A DNA stretch of 64,000 nucleotides from assembly GCF_988242995.1 (NCBI RefSeq), contig NZ_OZ547043.1, one strand, 5' to 3'. Positions 52,838 to 64,000 of the stretch are shown here, piece after piece (within the stretch, counting starts at the first letter, position 1; each line of letters opens with the position of its first letter). The position numbers were made by a program, and so were the translations under genes. The notes under the pieces are model-generated. The model made no database searches and had not been told where the DNA came from. It saw nothing but the letters and a program-made list of their open reading frames with translations.

Positions 52838-53519
52838 TGTTCCCCTCCAGCCAGCCGAAGCGGTAATGGTGACCTAACTCCCCTTTCGCCAGTGACAGCG
52901 GTAACACCTTGATTGCCGGTTGTTCCAGCACGCACACTTTTTCGCACTTACCGCAGCCGGTACAGGCGTCGCTGTGAACCGTCGGCAGAAAGCGGGCGTG
53001 CTTACCGGTACGCGTGTTGCGCTCCAGCTCCAGGGTGATGGCCTCATCAATTTTCGGGCATTCGCGATAACAAACATCGCAGCGCAGCCCCTGAAAGTTG
53101 AGACAGTTTTCCTGGTCCACCAGCACCGCCAGCCCCATCCGCGCGTCGTCGATCGATTCGATCTCACGATCCAGCGCTCCGCTCGGGCACACTTTGGCGC
53201 ACGGAATGTCCTCACACATTTCGCAAGGAATATCCCGTGCGACAAAATATGGCGTGCCCGCCGACAGACCAGAGGCCAGCGTCGCCAGTTTTAAGGTGTC
53301 GTAAGGGCACGCCTGAACACACTGACCGCAACGCACACAGGCACTGGCAAAGGCGTTCTCGTTTATGGCTCCGGGCGGGCGCAACCGCACGCCAGATGCG
53401 CGTGCGGTTTGCTGTTGTAACCCCAGCGCCACACCCACGGCAGCCAGCCCGCCAGCTGTGCGAACGACATCGCGCAGAAAGCGGCGGCGACCATTTTGAG
53501 GTTTCGCTGACCGGGACAT
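52824..53519 (-). CDS. napG: Ferredoxin-type protein NapG
   Basis: 231-aa ORF with Tat-like signal and 4Fe-4S CxxCxxCxxxCP motifs. Confidence 0.9.
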
Positions 53520-53525
53520 AATGGC

Positions 53526-56012
53526 TTACACCTTCTCCAGTTTGACCGCGCACTTCTTGAAGTCCGTCTCTTTCGAGAGCGGATCGGTCGCATCCAGCGT
53601 CAGTTTGTTAACCAGCTGTGCGGCGTCGAAGAACGGCATGTACACCAGGCCCTGCGGCGGACGGTTACGACCGCGCGTTTCGACAATCGAGATCACTTCG
53701 CCACGGCGAGAAACCACTTTCACTTTGTCGCCACGGCGCAGATCGCGCGCTTTCGCATCCAACGGGTGAATAAACAGGACCGCTTCCGGGAAGGCACGGT
53801 GCAGTTCCGGTACACGGCGAGTCATACTGCCGGTATGCCAGTGCTCCAGGACGCGTCCGGTAGAGAGCCACAGGTCGTACTCTTCATCCGGTGCCTCCGC
53901 CGCCGGTTCGAACGGCAGCGCGAAGATCACCGCTTTGCCATCCGGTTTACCGTAGAACTTGTAGCCTTCGCCCGCTTTCACGTACGGGTCGTTACCTTCG
54001 CTGTAACGCCACTGCGTTTCTTTACCGTTCACCACCGGCCAGCGCAGACCGCGCGCTTTGTGGTAGTCATCGAACGGTGCCAGATCGTGACCGTGACCGC
54101 GACCAAACCATGCGTACTCTTCGAATAGCCCTTTTTGCAGATAGAAGCCCAGCTCGCGGGATTCATCGTTCAGCTGATCTTCCGCCAGTTCGGATACCGG
54201 GAATTTGCTCACTTCGGGGGTGGCATACAGCACTTCGTACAGCGTTTTGCCACGCAGTTCCGGTTTCTTCGCCAGCAGATCTTCCGGCCATACTTCTTCA
54301 GTTTTGAAGCGGCGGGAGAACTGGACTAACTGCCAGAGATCCGATCTCGCTTCGCCCGGTGCCTGTACCTGCTGACGCCAGAACTGAGTACGGCGTTCGG
54401 CGTTACCGTAAGCGCCCTCTTTCTCTACCCACATTGCGGTCGGCAGGATCAAGTCGGCGGCCAGCGCACTGACTGTCGGATACGGATCGGAGACGATGAT
54501 GAAGTTGCGCGGATCGCGCCAGCCCGGCATACGCTCTTCATTGATGTTCGGCCCGGCCTGCATGTTGTTGGTACACATGGTCCAGTAAACATTCAGCTTG
54601 CCGTCTTTCAGTGCACGGTCTTGTGCCACCGCGTGCAGACCGATTTTCGCCGGAATGGTGCCGCTCGGGATATTCCACTTCTTCTCGCAGATATCACGGT
54701 GTTTTTCGTTGGTCACCACCATATCCGCAGGCAGACGGTGAGCAAAAGTGCCCACTTCACGCGCAGTACCACACGCGGAAGGCTGCCCGGTCAGGGAGAA
54801 CGGACCGCAACCCGGCTGGGAAATTTTGCCGGTCAGCAGGTGCAGGTTGTAGACCAGGTTGTTGGCCCACACGCCGCGCGTGTGCTGGTTGAAGCCCATC
54901 GTCCAGTAGGAGATGACTTTCTTGTTCGGATCGGCGTACAGCTGCGCCAGTTGTTCTAACTGGTCTTTCGGCACGCCGGTCATTTCAGCGGTTTTTTCCA
55001 GCGTATACTCAGCAACGAAGGCTTTGTAATCTTCAAAGCTCATCGGTTCGGAGGCGTCAGAACCTGGATTCTTCGCTGCTTTTTCCAGCGGATGGGTCGG
55101 ACGTAAACCGTAGCCGATGTCCGTCGCCCCTTTGCGCAGGTTAACGTGTTTACTAAAGAAGTCCTGATTTATCGCATTGTTTTGAATGATATAGTTGGCG
55201 ATGTAGTTCAGGATCACCAGGTCAGATTGCGGCGTAAAGATGATGCCGTTATCCGCCAGCTCGAAGCTACGATGCTGGTAGGTAGAAAGCACCGCCACGG
55301 TGACGTTCTGGTTGGAGAGACGACGGTTAGTGATGCGCGACCAGAGGATCGGGTGCATCTCCGCCATGTTTGCGCCCCACAGCACAAACGCGTCAGCCTG
55401 CTCGATGTCGTCATAGCAGCCCATCGGCTCATCCATACCAAAGGTACGCATAAAGCCAACTACCGCCGACGCCATACAGTGACGCGCGTTCGGGTCGATG
55501 TTGTTCGAACGGAATCCCGCTTTAAACAGCTTGGACGCGGCATAACCTTCCCAGATAGTCCACTGACCAGAACCGAACATACCGATCGATTCTGGCCCTT
55601 TTTCTTTCAGGGCGGTTTTGAATTTCTCTTCCATCACATCGAAGGCCTGATCCCAGGTGATTGGGGTAAACTCGCCTTCTTTGTCATATTTACCGTTTTT
55701 CATACGCAGAAGCGGCTGCGTCAAACGGTCTTTACCGTACATGATTTTGGGCAGGAAATAGCCCTTAATGCAGTTCAGACCACGGTTAACCGGTGCGTCC
55801 GGGTCGCCCTGACAGGCCACCACACGCCCCTGCTGCGTTCCGACCAGAACGCCGCAACCAGTACCGCAGAAACGGCACGGCGCTTTATCCCATTTAATGG
55901 CTTCCTGCTGACCAACAACGGCGCGGGCAACGCCCGGCACGCTGAGACCGGCAGCCGCCGCAGCGGCCGCAACGGCGTTAGCTTTCATAAAGCTACGACG
56001 ACTGAGTTTCAT
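53526..56012 (-). CDS. napA: Periplasmic nitrate reductase catalytic subunit NapA
   Basis: 828-aa ORF with twin-arginine signal SRRSFMK. Confidence 0.9.
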   Translation of the reverse strand: MKLSRRSFMKANAVAAAAAAAGLSVPGVARAVVGQQEAIKWDKAPCRFCGTGCGVLVGTQQGRVVACQGDPDAPVNRGLNCIKGYFLPKIMYGKDRLTQPLLRMKNGKYDKEGEFTPITWDQAFDVMEEKFKTALKEKGPESIGMFGSGQWTIWEGYAASKLFKAGFRSNNIDPNARHCMASAVVGFMRTFGMDEPMGCYDDIEQADAFVLWGANMAEMHPILWSRITNRRLSNQNVTVAVLSTYQHRSFELADNGIIFTPQSDLVILNYIANYIIQNNAINQDFFSKHVNLRKGATDIGYGLRPTHPLEKAAKNPGSDASEPMSFEDYKAFVAEYTLEKTAEMTGVPKDQLEQLAQLYADPNKKVISYWTMGFNQHTRGVWANNLVYNLHLLTGKISQPGCGPFSLTGQPSACGTAREVGTFAHRLPADMVVTNEKHRDICEKKWNIPSGTIPAKIGLHAVAQDRALKDGKLNVYWTMCTNNMQAGPNINEERMPGWRDPRNFIIVSDPYPTVSALAADLILPTAMWVEKEGAYGNAERRTQFWRQQVQAPGEARSDLWQLVQFSRRFKTEEVWPEDLLAKKPELRGKTLYEVLYATPEVSKFPVSELAEDQLNDESRELGFYLQKGLFEEYAWFGRGHGHDLAPFDDYHKARGLRWPVVNGKETQWRYSEGNDPYVKAGEGYKFYGKPDGKAVIFALPFEPAAEAPDEEYDLWLSTGRVLEHWHTGSMTRRVPELHRAFPEAVLFIHPLDAKARDLRRGDKVKVVSRRGEVISIVETRGRNRPPQGLVYMPFFDAAQLVNKLTLDATDPLSKETDFKKCAVKLEKV

Positions 56013-56272
56013 GGTGTTTCCTCACCTTGCTCTTCCTGCTGGTGATAAACCAGCGACACCGCCAGCACGCCCTCTACGTTGCGTACTGACTCAATGATTT
56101 GGATCAGCGTTTCGCTGTCTTCTGCTTCCACCACCACAATCAACTGACCGCTCGGCGCGTCGCTGACAGCAACTTCACAGCCGGGAAAGGCGTTCAGTTG
56201 GGTGCTGATGTCTGAAATTCGTTCGCTTTTGGCCTGCACGACCAGGCTGCAAACTTGCCAGTTAGTGTGCAT
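56009..56272 (-). CDS. napD: NapA chaperone NapD
   Basis: 87-aa ORF; synteny. Confidence 0.9.
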   Translation of the reverse strand: MHTNWQVCSLVVQAKSERISDISTQLNAFPGCEVAVSDAPSGQLIVVVEAEDSETLIQIIESVRNVEGVLAVSLVYHQQEEQGEETP

Positions 56273-56756
56273 GGAGATACTCCGCAGTTATGGCTGATAC
56301 CGGACAGCTGGCTGCACATGCTCCACATCCGTTGCAAAGTTGGCTATTAAGTTGCGGCTGGTAGATCCCGGAGAGCGTCGGGCGAAAGATAATTGCCATT
56401 GGCTCACAGCTATCCTGACAGCGGCGGCATTCAACTGACTGATACGCCAGGCACGCGTCCCCAATGGTGAACTGCAAATCCCAGGCCCTGGTGTGGCGCG
56501 GAGAAAATAGCGATTCGGGGCAAGCCTGCGCGCAGGCGTAACAGAAGCTGCACTCGTTATTTTTGAAGTTAACGCTCGGATAGCCGCCCGCGCCGCGTTG
56601 CAGAATGTTGTTTTCACAAGCATTAATACAGGCGTCGCAGCGGGTGCAATGGGTCAGAAAATGAGATTCATCACCGGACCAGGGCGGACGGATACCGTTA
56701 CTGGCTTTGCGCCAGCGACCAGTGAGTATGCCCCGACGGGATGCATCAATCTTCAC
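56262..56756 (-). CDS. napF: Ferredoxin-type protein NapF
   Basis: 164-aa ORF with multiple 4Fe-4S Cys clusters. Confidence 0.9.
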   Translation of the reverse strand: MKIDASRRGILTGRWRKASNGIRPPWSGDESHFLTHCTRCDACINACENNILQRGAGGYPSVNFKNNECSFCYACAQACPESLFSPRHTRAWDLQFTIGDACLAYQSVECRRCQDSCEPMAIIFRPTLSGIYQPQLNSQLCNGCGACAASCPVSAITAEYLHAH

Positions 56757-56869
56757 ATTGACCTTCCATCATTAACGCGCTCTGAAAATTGAGAGCGACC
56801 AAATAAACCGCATAATTAATAAGCCATTTTTATAGCCGCTAAGATATTAAAGGATGTGTCAAAGATGCA

Positions 56870-56885
56870 TACCCCGATCGGGGTA
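56870..56885. promoter_or_regulatory. NarP/NarL 7-2-7 heptamer pair in the napF promoter
   Basis: Perfect palindrome taccccgatcggggta; TACYYMT heptamers in 7-2-7 arrangement upstream of napF. Confidence 0.75.
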
Positions 56886-56890
56886 AAACC

Positions 56891-56904
56891 TGTAGCAGGA
56901 TCAA
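56891..56904. promoter_or_regulatory. Candidate FNR site in the napF promoter
   Basis: TTGATcctgCTACA on the napF strand, centred 20 bp upstream of the NarP site centre. Confidence 0.5.
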
Positions 56905-57161
56905 AAGAGTGGCGGGAAGCGTGGCAAAAACGGGCTTTTGCTCACATTTCAAATGGTTATAAACATATTTATATAGCGATTAATTCACCAGAAATATTTC
57001 TGTTGGTTTGCTCTCTCATCAGAATTTAACACTAAAAGAGCAGGTAAAATTATCTGAATGTTCTTTAAGTTATTCATAAAGCAAATTAATAAATCTGATG
57101 AATATGTTAACCTTCAGCGACATCATCGGTGAAAACCTATAAATGAAGAAGGAAAGCAAAA

Positions 57162-57650
57162 ATGAAGACCATTCTACCTGCAGTATTGTTTGCCGCTTTC
57201 GCCACCACCTCCGCCTGGGCGGCAGAGAGCGTCCAGCCACTGGAAAAAATCGCGCCTTATCCGCAAGCTGAAAAAGGCATGAAGCGTCAGGTGATTCAGT
57301 TAACCCCGCAAGAAGATGAATCTACCCTGAAAGTAGAACTGTTAATCGGTCAGACGCTGGAAGTCGATTGCAATTTGCATCGTCTCGGCGGGAAGCTGGA
57401 AAGCAAAACGCTGGAAGGCTGGGGCTATGATTATTATGTCTTTGATAAAGTCAGTTCCCCGGTTTCGACGATGATGGCCTGCCCGGATGGCAAGAAAGAG
57501 AAGAAATTTGTCACAGCGTATTTGGGTGATGCCGGAATGCTGCGTTACAACAGCAAGCTGCCGATCGTGGTGTATACGCCAGACAATGTGGATGTGAAAT
57601 ACCGCATCTGGAAGGCGGAAGAGAAAATTGACAACGCGGTAGTTCGCTAA
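57162..57650 (+). CDS. eco: Ecotin (periplasmic serine protease inhibitor)
   Basis: 162-aa ORF with signal peptide; sequence recognised. Confidence 0.9.
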   Translation: MKTILPAVLFAAFATTSAWAAESVQPLEKIAPYPQAEKGMKRQVIQLTPQEDESTLKVELLIGQTLEVDCNLHRLGGKLESKTLEGWGYDYYVFDKVSSPVSTMMACPDGKKEKKFVTAYLGDAGMLRYNSKLPIVVYTPDNVDVKYRIWKAEEKIDNAVVR

Positions 57651-57669
57651 ACTGCCGTGAAGTGCTCCA

Positions 57670-57795
57670 CCCCGTAGGTCAGATAAGGCGGTTACGCCGC
57701 ATCCGATCTAACGCCCAAGCCGGTTGCCTGATAAGACGCTGGCGCGTCTTATCTGCATACGCCACATCCGGCATACCATGCCGGATGTGGCACAT
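57670..57795. repeat. REP/BIME cluster between eco and mqo
   Basis: Palindromes cctgataagacgctggcgcgtcttatc and gccacatccggcat..atgccggatgtggc. Confidence 0.7.
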
Positions 57796-57797
57796 CA

Positions 57798-59456
<1,659 letters not shown>

Positions 59457-59661
59457 TTACTTTTAGTCGCTTTATTGCAGGTGAGATTTGCGCGGCATCA
59501 ACGGTAACACTTAAGTAACAACATTTAAATAATGTTTATAAATTATATTCTAATTTTAGAAACATTATAATTTCATTGATTAATTATAGGGTTATTAGAA
59601 ATGAAGGGATTTTTAGCATATTGACCTGGCGGCAGCAGTCCGCCAGGTCAGCGTCGTAATA

Positions 59662-61305
59662 TTATGCCGTCCGGGCAACGGCATCACGCGAAGCGGCATC
59701 GCGCTCTTCGCCCGTCAGCTCGCTAAGTTGCCCGTTGCGCATTTCCAGCAGGCGGTCGGCGTGGATAAAGTAATGATCATCATGACTGATGGCGAAAATA
59801 GTTTTACCCATCTCCTGCATCAGCGGCAGCAACACCTGATAAAACTCACGACGGAAGTGTGGGTCCTGATCCGCCGCCCATTCATCCAGCAGGATAATAT
59901 CGCGTTCTTCTGCCAGCGCCAGCAACAGCGCGACGCGTTTTTTCTGCCCTTTCGATAACTTCAGGTTAACAATACGCCCGTTGCTTAACTCAAGCTTATG
60001 AGCCATTTTCAGTTGCGCCAGCCACTTCTCAATCAGTTGCGGGTTAGCGGGTTGACCCTCCGGCCCCAGCAGTTGATCGAACAGCCAGACATCGGTAAAC
60101 ACTGCCGAAAACAGTTTGCGATAATCTTCCGGTTGTTCGCCGCTGACAGGGTTGCCATCCAGCAAGATTTCGCCGCTTTGTGGCTGATACAAGCCCGTCA
60201 GCAACATCGCCAGCGTCGATTTTCCACTACCGTTGCCACCAATCAGAAACAGCAGTTCACCACGTTTGATGGTGAGGTTAATCGGCCCAACGGAAAACGC
60301 GTTATCCTGATAAGCAAACGTCACGTTACGCAGCTCCAGCGTTTGCCAGTTGGGAAACGCCTGCGGGCGCGGAAACTCTGCTTTGAAAGGCGCGAGCGCG
60401 AATTTTTTCAGCTTGTTAAACGCCACGTGCGCCGTCAGCAGCGTCGGCAATGCGCCAACCGCCGAAAGCAGCGGCGTACGCAGGAATAACAGCGTCAACG
60501 AATAGGTCGCAGCAACGTTGGTATCAGCCCAACCGAGACTGTTCGCCATCCAGAACACCAGGCCGATAGCGCCCAGCATCATGATGTTTGACCAGTTCAC
60601 GGCACTAAGATGGAAGGTGTCTGCGCGGATAATATGATGGCGATACTCTTGCGCATCAGGAATGTAGAGGTTGTTAAACACATACTCGGCGCGTTCACGG
60701 TTCAGAGTCAGCTCTTTGCGCCCTTCGAGTACGGTTTGAAAATCCGTGTACAGCTTATCTTCGGTTTCACGCAGGGTCGCCATATGTTTGTACACCCGCG
60801 CCACCAGTATAAAACCACCCCAGATGGTGACTGCCATCCAGATAGCCGTTACCAGCAACATTTTGCCCGACAGCATCCACAAATACGCCGCTGAACCGAT
60901 AGTGAGAATGATCCCCTGCACCAGTTCCGGCAGACGCACAAAAGCAATGGTGATATTGCGCACATCGCTGGTTAATCCCGCCAGCAACGAGGCGCTACCG
61001 AGTTGTTCAATGCGCTCGACGTGAGTATCGAGAATCCGCTTGATAAATTCACTACGCAGTCGGTAAACGAAGTGATGCCCCAAAGTGGTGAGCGCCAGTT
61101 GCGATCCGAGAGTGACGGCCATCAACAGCAGCAATAACCCCAGAAACTCCGGCAATACCAGCAGACTGGTATCCGCCGTTTCGATAAGGCGCTGATTGAT
61201 AAAAGCAATTAAGCCAATGCCTAATGCCGCACTGGCGAGGCTTAGCGCCATCACACTGATAAATGGCCAGCGATACTGCCGCCAGACAAGTACAAGAAGT
61301 TCCAT
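59662..61305 (-). CDS. yojI: ABC transporter (permease-ATPase fusion) YojI
   Basis: 547-aa ORF with TM domain and Walker [10 protein letters not shown]. Confidence 0.85.
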   Translation of the reverse strand: MELLVLVWRQYRWPFISVMALSLASAALGIGLIAFINQRLIETADTSLLVLPEFLGLLLLLMAVTLGSQLALTTLGHHFVYRLRSEFIKRILDTHVERIEQLGSASLLAGLTSDVRNITIAFVRLPELVQGIILTIGSAAYLWMLSGKMLLVTAIWMAVTIWGGFILVARVYKHMATLRETEDKLYTDFQTVLEGRKELTLNRERAEYVFNNLYIPDAQEYRHHIIRADTFHLSAVNWSNIMMLGAIGLVFWMANSLGWADTNVAATYSLTLLFLRTPLLSAVGALPTLLTAHVAFNKLKKFALAPFKAEFPRPQAFPNWQTLELRNVTFAYQDNAFSVGPINLTIKRGELLFLIGGNGSGKSTLAMLLTGLYQPQSGEILLDGNPVSGEQPEDYRKLFSAVFTDVWLFDQLLGPEGQPANPQLIEKWLAQLKMAHKLELSNGRIVNLKLSKGQKKRVALLLALAEERDIILLDEWAADQDPHFRREFYQVLLPLMQEMGKTIFAISHDDHYFIHADRLLEMRNGQLSELTGEERDAASRDAVARTA

Positions 61306-61380
61306 GCAGAAAACCCGGACAATGAATTACAGCCCGCAGTTTAAACATCTTCGTGCGCACAGCAATAATAATTCTTATTT

Positions 61381-62031
61381 TTATTCTTTTTTACCTGCCT
61401 GACGGAATGTCAGGTTGTAGCGGCAGTCGGTGGTGAGTGGATGAAACCCCGCTTTCAACGGTTGAATGCCATGATAAAACAGCCGCGATTCACCGCCCCA
61501 TACCACCACATCGCCATGTTCCAACAACAAACGTTTTAGCGGATCATTTCGTTTCAGGCCGCCAAATTGAAAAATCGCGGGTAAGCCCAGAGAAACAGAA
61601 ACAATCGGCGCGCGCAGATCCGGTTCGTCTTTATCCTGATGCAGCGACAGTTTCGCGCCAGGAGCGTAGCGGTTGATAAGACAAGCATCTGGCTGGAAAT
61701 CTGGATAGCCCGCCGCCGTAGCCGCACGTTGACATAAATTATGAAAACTCTGCGGCATGGCGGGCCACGGTTTATTTGTTTGCGGATCAATGGGCGAATA
61801 GAGATAACCTTGCCGATGGGTCGTCCAGCCCAGATGCCCACAGTTGGTCATCGCCACCGACATGGTATATCCGCCTGGAGTGACCATCTGGCGAAACGGC
61901 GACTGGCTGGCAACGTCATTAATATCGCGGATCAGTTGCTCCGCAGCGTTAAAAGCAAAACGCCGTAAAATTACCGCACCAGCCGCCAGTGGCTCTTGCC
62001 ACGGTTCAGCATCGGCAAACAGATCCAACAT
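61381..62031 (-). CDS. alkB: Alpha-ketoglutarate-dependent dioxygenase AlkB
   Basis: 216-aa ORF; ada-alkB operon synteny. Confidence 0.9.
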   Translation of the reverse strand: MLDLFADAEPWQEPLAAGAVILRRFAFNAAEQLIRDINDVASQSPFRQMVTPGGYTMSVAMTNCGHLGWTTHRQGYLYSPIDPQTNKPWPAMPQSFHNLCQRAATAAGYPDFQPDACLINRYAPGAKLSLHQDKDEPDLRAPIVSVSLGLPAIFQFGGLKRNDPLKRLLLEHGDVVVWGGESRLFYHGIQPLKAGFHPLTTDCRYNLTFRQAGKKE

Positions 62032-63095
62032 TACCTCTCCTCATTCTCAGCTTCGCGGCGCAGCAGTTGCGCTTTACGCGACACGCCCCAGCGGTAACCG
62101 GAAAGTGTGCCATCACCACGGACCACCCGATGACAGGGTATTATGATAGCCAGCTTGTTGGCGGCACAGGCGCTGGCAACGGCCCGTACCGCTTTCGGTT
62201 TGCCGATGGCGTTAGCCAGTTGCTGATAACTGACGGTTTCACCGCAAGGTATCGTGCGCAGTGCCTGCCAGACTTGTTGCTGAAAAGCAGTGCCGCGAAT
62301 ATCCAGCGGTAACGTCAGCGGCGTATCGCGTTGATTGAGGCTGGCGATCACGTCACGCACATGTTGTTGAAACGTCAAATCGGCAGGCGCGTTGTCGGCA
62401 GCGGGAAACATCTGCTGCAACTCGCTGATTAATGTCGCGTCATCATCGCCCAGCAATATCGCGCAAATCCCCCGCTCGCTTTCAGCCACCAGGCAACGGC
62501 CCAGTTCACAATCAGCCAGCGCATAACGCACAGCCAGATTTTCACCTCCGTGACGAAACTGTTTAGCCGTCATGCCCAACGTTTCGTCGGCTTTACGGTA
62601 GTAACTGCTGCTGTCGGGGAATCCAGCGTTAAGAATAGATGTAGTCACGCTCTCCCCTTTCGCCAGCGAGTCGCGTAAACGGCGAGCACGCCATGCCTGT
62701 TGCCAGGCTTTCGGCGTCATTCCGGTAGTCGCTTTAAACAATCGATGCAAATGGAACGGACTCATCGCCACCTGGTCAGCTAAGGCTTCCAGCGTTACAG
62801 GCGTTTCCTGTTCCAGCAGTCGGCAGGCGTGGGTAATTTTATCAAGGCGATGTTGCTGGGCATTGGCTTTATCTGGCTGACAACGTTTGCAGGGGCGAAA
62901 GCCAGCGGCAAGCGCCTCGCTGGCATCCGTATAGAAAGAAACGTTTTCCCGCAAGGCATGTCTGGCGCGGCAAGACGGACGGCAAAAGATACCCGTGGTG
63001 CGCACGGCGAAAACGAATTCGCCGTCGGCGTTCGGGTCGCGTGCTAAGACAGATTGCCAGCGTTGATCGTCAGTTAAGCGTGTGGCGTTTTTCAT
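62031..63095 (-). CDS. ada: Bifunctional regulator/methyltransferase Ada
   Basis: 354-aa ORF with N-terminal Cys cluster and C-terminal PCHRV active site. Confidence 0.9.
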   Translation of the reverse strand: MKNATRLTDDQRWQSVLARDPNADGEFVFAVRTTGIFCRPSCRARHALRENVSFYTDASEALAAGFRPCKRCQPDKANAQQHRLDKITHACRLLEQETPVTLEALADQVAMSPFHLHRLFKATTGMTPKAWQQAWRARRLRDSLAKGESVTTSILNAGFPDSSSYYRKADETLGMTAKQFRHGGENLAVRYALADCELGRCLVAESERGICAILLGDDDATLISELQQMFPAADNAPADLTFQQHVRDVIASLNQRDTPLTLPLDIRGTAFQQQVWQALRTIPCGETVSYQQLANAIGKPKAVRAVASACAANKLAIIIPCHRVVRGDGTLSGYRWGVSRKAQLLRREAENEER

Positions 63096-63168
63096 AATCA
63101 GCTCCCTGGTTAAGGATAGCCTTTAGTCTGTCCGGTCACCATCACACAAAAACCAACAATCTTGCGCT

Positions 63169-64000
63169 TTAATTTTTTTCGCTCACCAGGAAGCTTTTAA
63201 ACTGCGGCGACATCCAGGTTTTAAAGCTATCGCCCTCTTTGGTGATCATATAAACCGCCAGCCCTTCCCGGCGAACAACCTCTTTGGCTTTCTCTGGCCC
63301 GAGCACCATCAAACCTGTATCCCAGGCGTCGGCTTCCAGCGCCGTCGGTGCAATCACCGTCACGGACACCAGATTATGCTCGATAGGTCGTCCGGTTTGC
63401 GGATCGATAACATGAGAAAGGCGTTTGCCGTCCAGTTCGTAATAGTTGCGGTAGCTGCCGGAGGTGCTGATACCGTGGCCGTTGATATCCACCACCGCCT
63501 GAACTGCGTTTTCTTTATCGGTTGGTTTTTGAATCGCCACTCGCCACGGCTGGCCTTCACCGTTCATACCACGGCTGTTCAGCGCCCCGCCCACCGACAC
63601 CAGGTAGCGAGAAATACCTTCCTGCTCCATCAAGCGTGCCAGATGATCGGCGGCATAGCCTTCGCCGACGGTGGAGAGATCGACATATAAATCCGGAAGA
63701 TCTTTTTGCAGGTACTGCTGATGATACTGATTGATGACAGTCAGGTGCTGTAAGCCGGTTTTGGCTTTCATTGCATCAATTTGTTCCTGGCTCGGAATTT
63801 GTACTGGTTGTTGTTCCGGGCCAAAGCCCCACAGATTCACCAGCGGCCCAACAGTAATATCCATCGCGCCATCGGTCTTTGCGCCAATACGTAGCGAGGT
63901 GGTGACGATATCGGCCATCGCTTCACTTACCGGCCACGGTGTCAGACTTTGCGAGTCGTTAAAGCGCATCAGCGCAGAGTCTTTTTTATAGGTCGAAAGC
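63169..64000 (-). CDS. apbE: FAD:protein FMN transferase ApbE (5-prime end runs off the window end)
   Basis: Reading frame is open to the window end; synteny next to ada. Confidence 0.75.
   Translation of the reverse strand, partial: LSTYKKDSALMRFNDSQSLTPWPVSEAMADIVTTSLRIGAKTDGAMDITVGPLVNLWGFGPEQQPVQIPSQEQIDAMKAKTGLQHLTVINQYHQQYLQKDLPDLYVDLSTVGEGYAADHLARLMEQEGISRYLVSVGGALNSRGMNGEGQPWRVAIQKPTDKENAVQAVVDINGHGISTSGSYRNYYELDGKRLSHVIDPQTGRPIEHNLVSVTVIAPTALEADAWDTGLMVLGPEKAKEVVRREGLAVYMITKEGDSFKTWMSPQFKSFLVSEKN

Noticed and set aside
46244-56045. Numerous 60-300-aa ORFs on the plus strand across ccm and nap
   Set aside because: All lie antisense within long, recognisable minus-strand genes of a GC-rich operon where spurious open frames are common

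Overview
This window reads as an Escherichia coli chromosomal segment with K-12-like gene order (rihB, yeiL, psuTGK, fruBKA, setB, yeiW, yeiP, yeiQ, yeiR, lpxT, mepS, pdeN, yejABEF, yejG, bcr, rsuA, radD, rplY, yejK, yejL, yejM, tRNA-Pro proL, then yejO, narP, ccmHGFEDCBA, napCBHGADF, eco, mqo, yojI, alkB, ada, apbE). Between proL and yejO sits an ~8.7 kb accessory insertion (about 32.1-40.9 kb) that looks like a phage-satellite or PICI-like integrative island: a P4-type tyrosine integrase, an AlpA-like regulator, three small ORFs, a large primase/helicase-like replication protein, an SSB-like protein, a FinO/ProQ-domain protein, a PerC-like regulator, two iteron clusters, and one orphan 198-aa ORF. 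I recognise no known defence system in it; the orphan ORF, the small ORFs and the FinO/PerC pair are the best candidates for something new. The yejO autotransporter gene appears intact here. No CRISPR array, rRNA or IS element was seen. All calls rest on reading the sequence and the ORF track plus recalled E. coli protein sequences and synteny; no database search was run, and motif coordinates are accurate to within a few bases.
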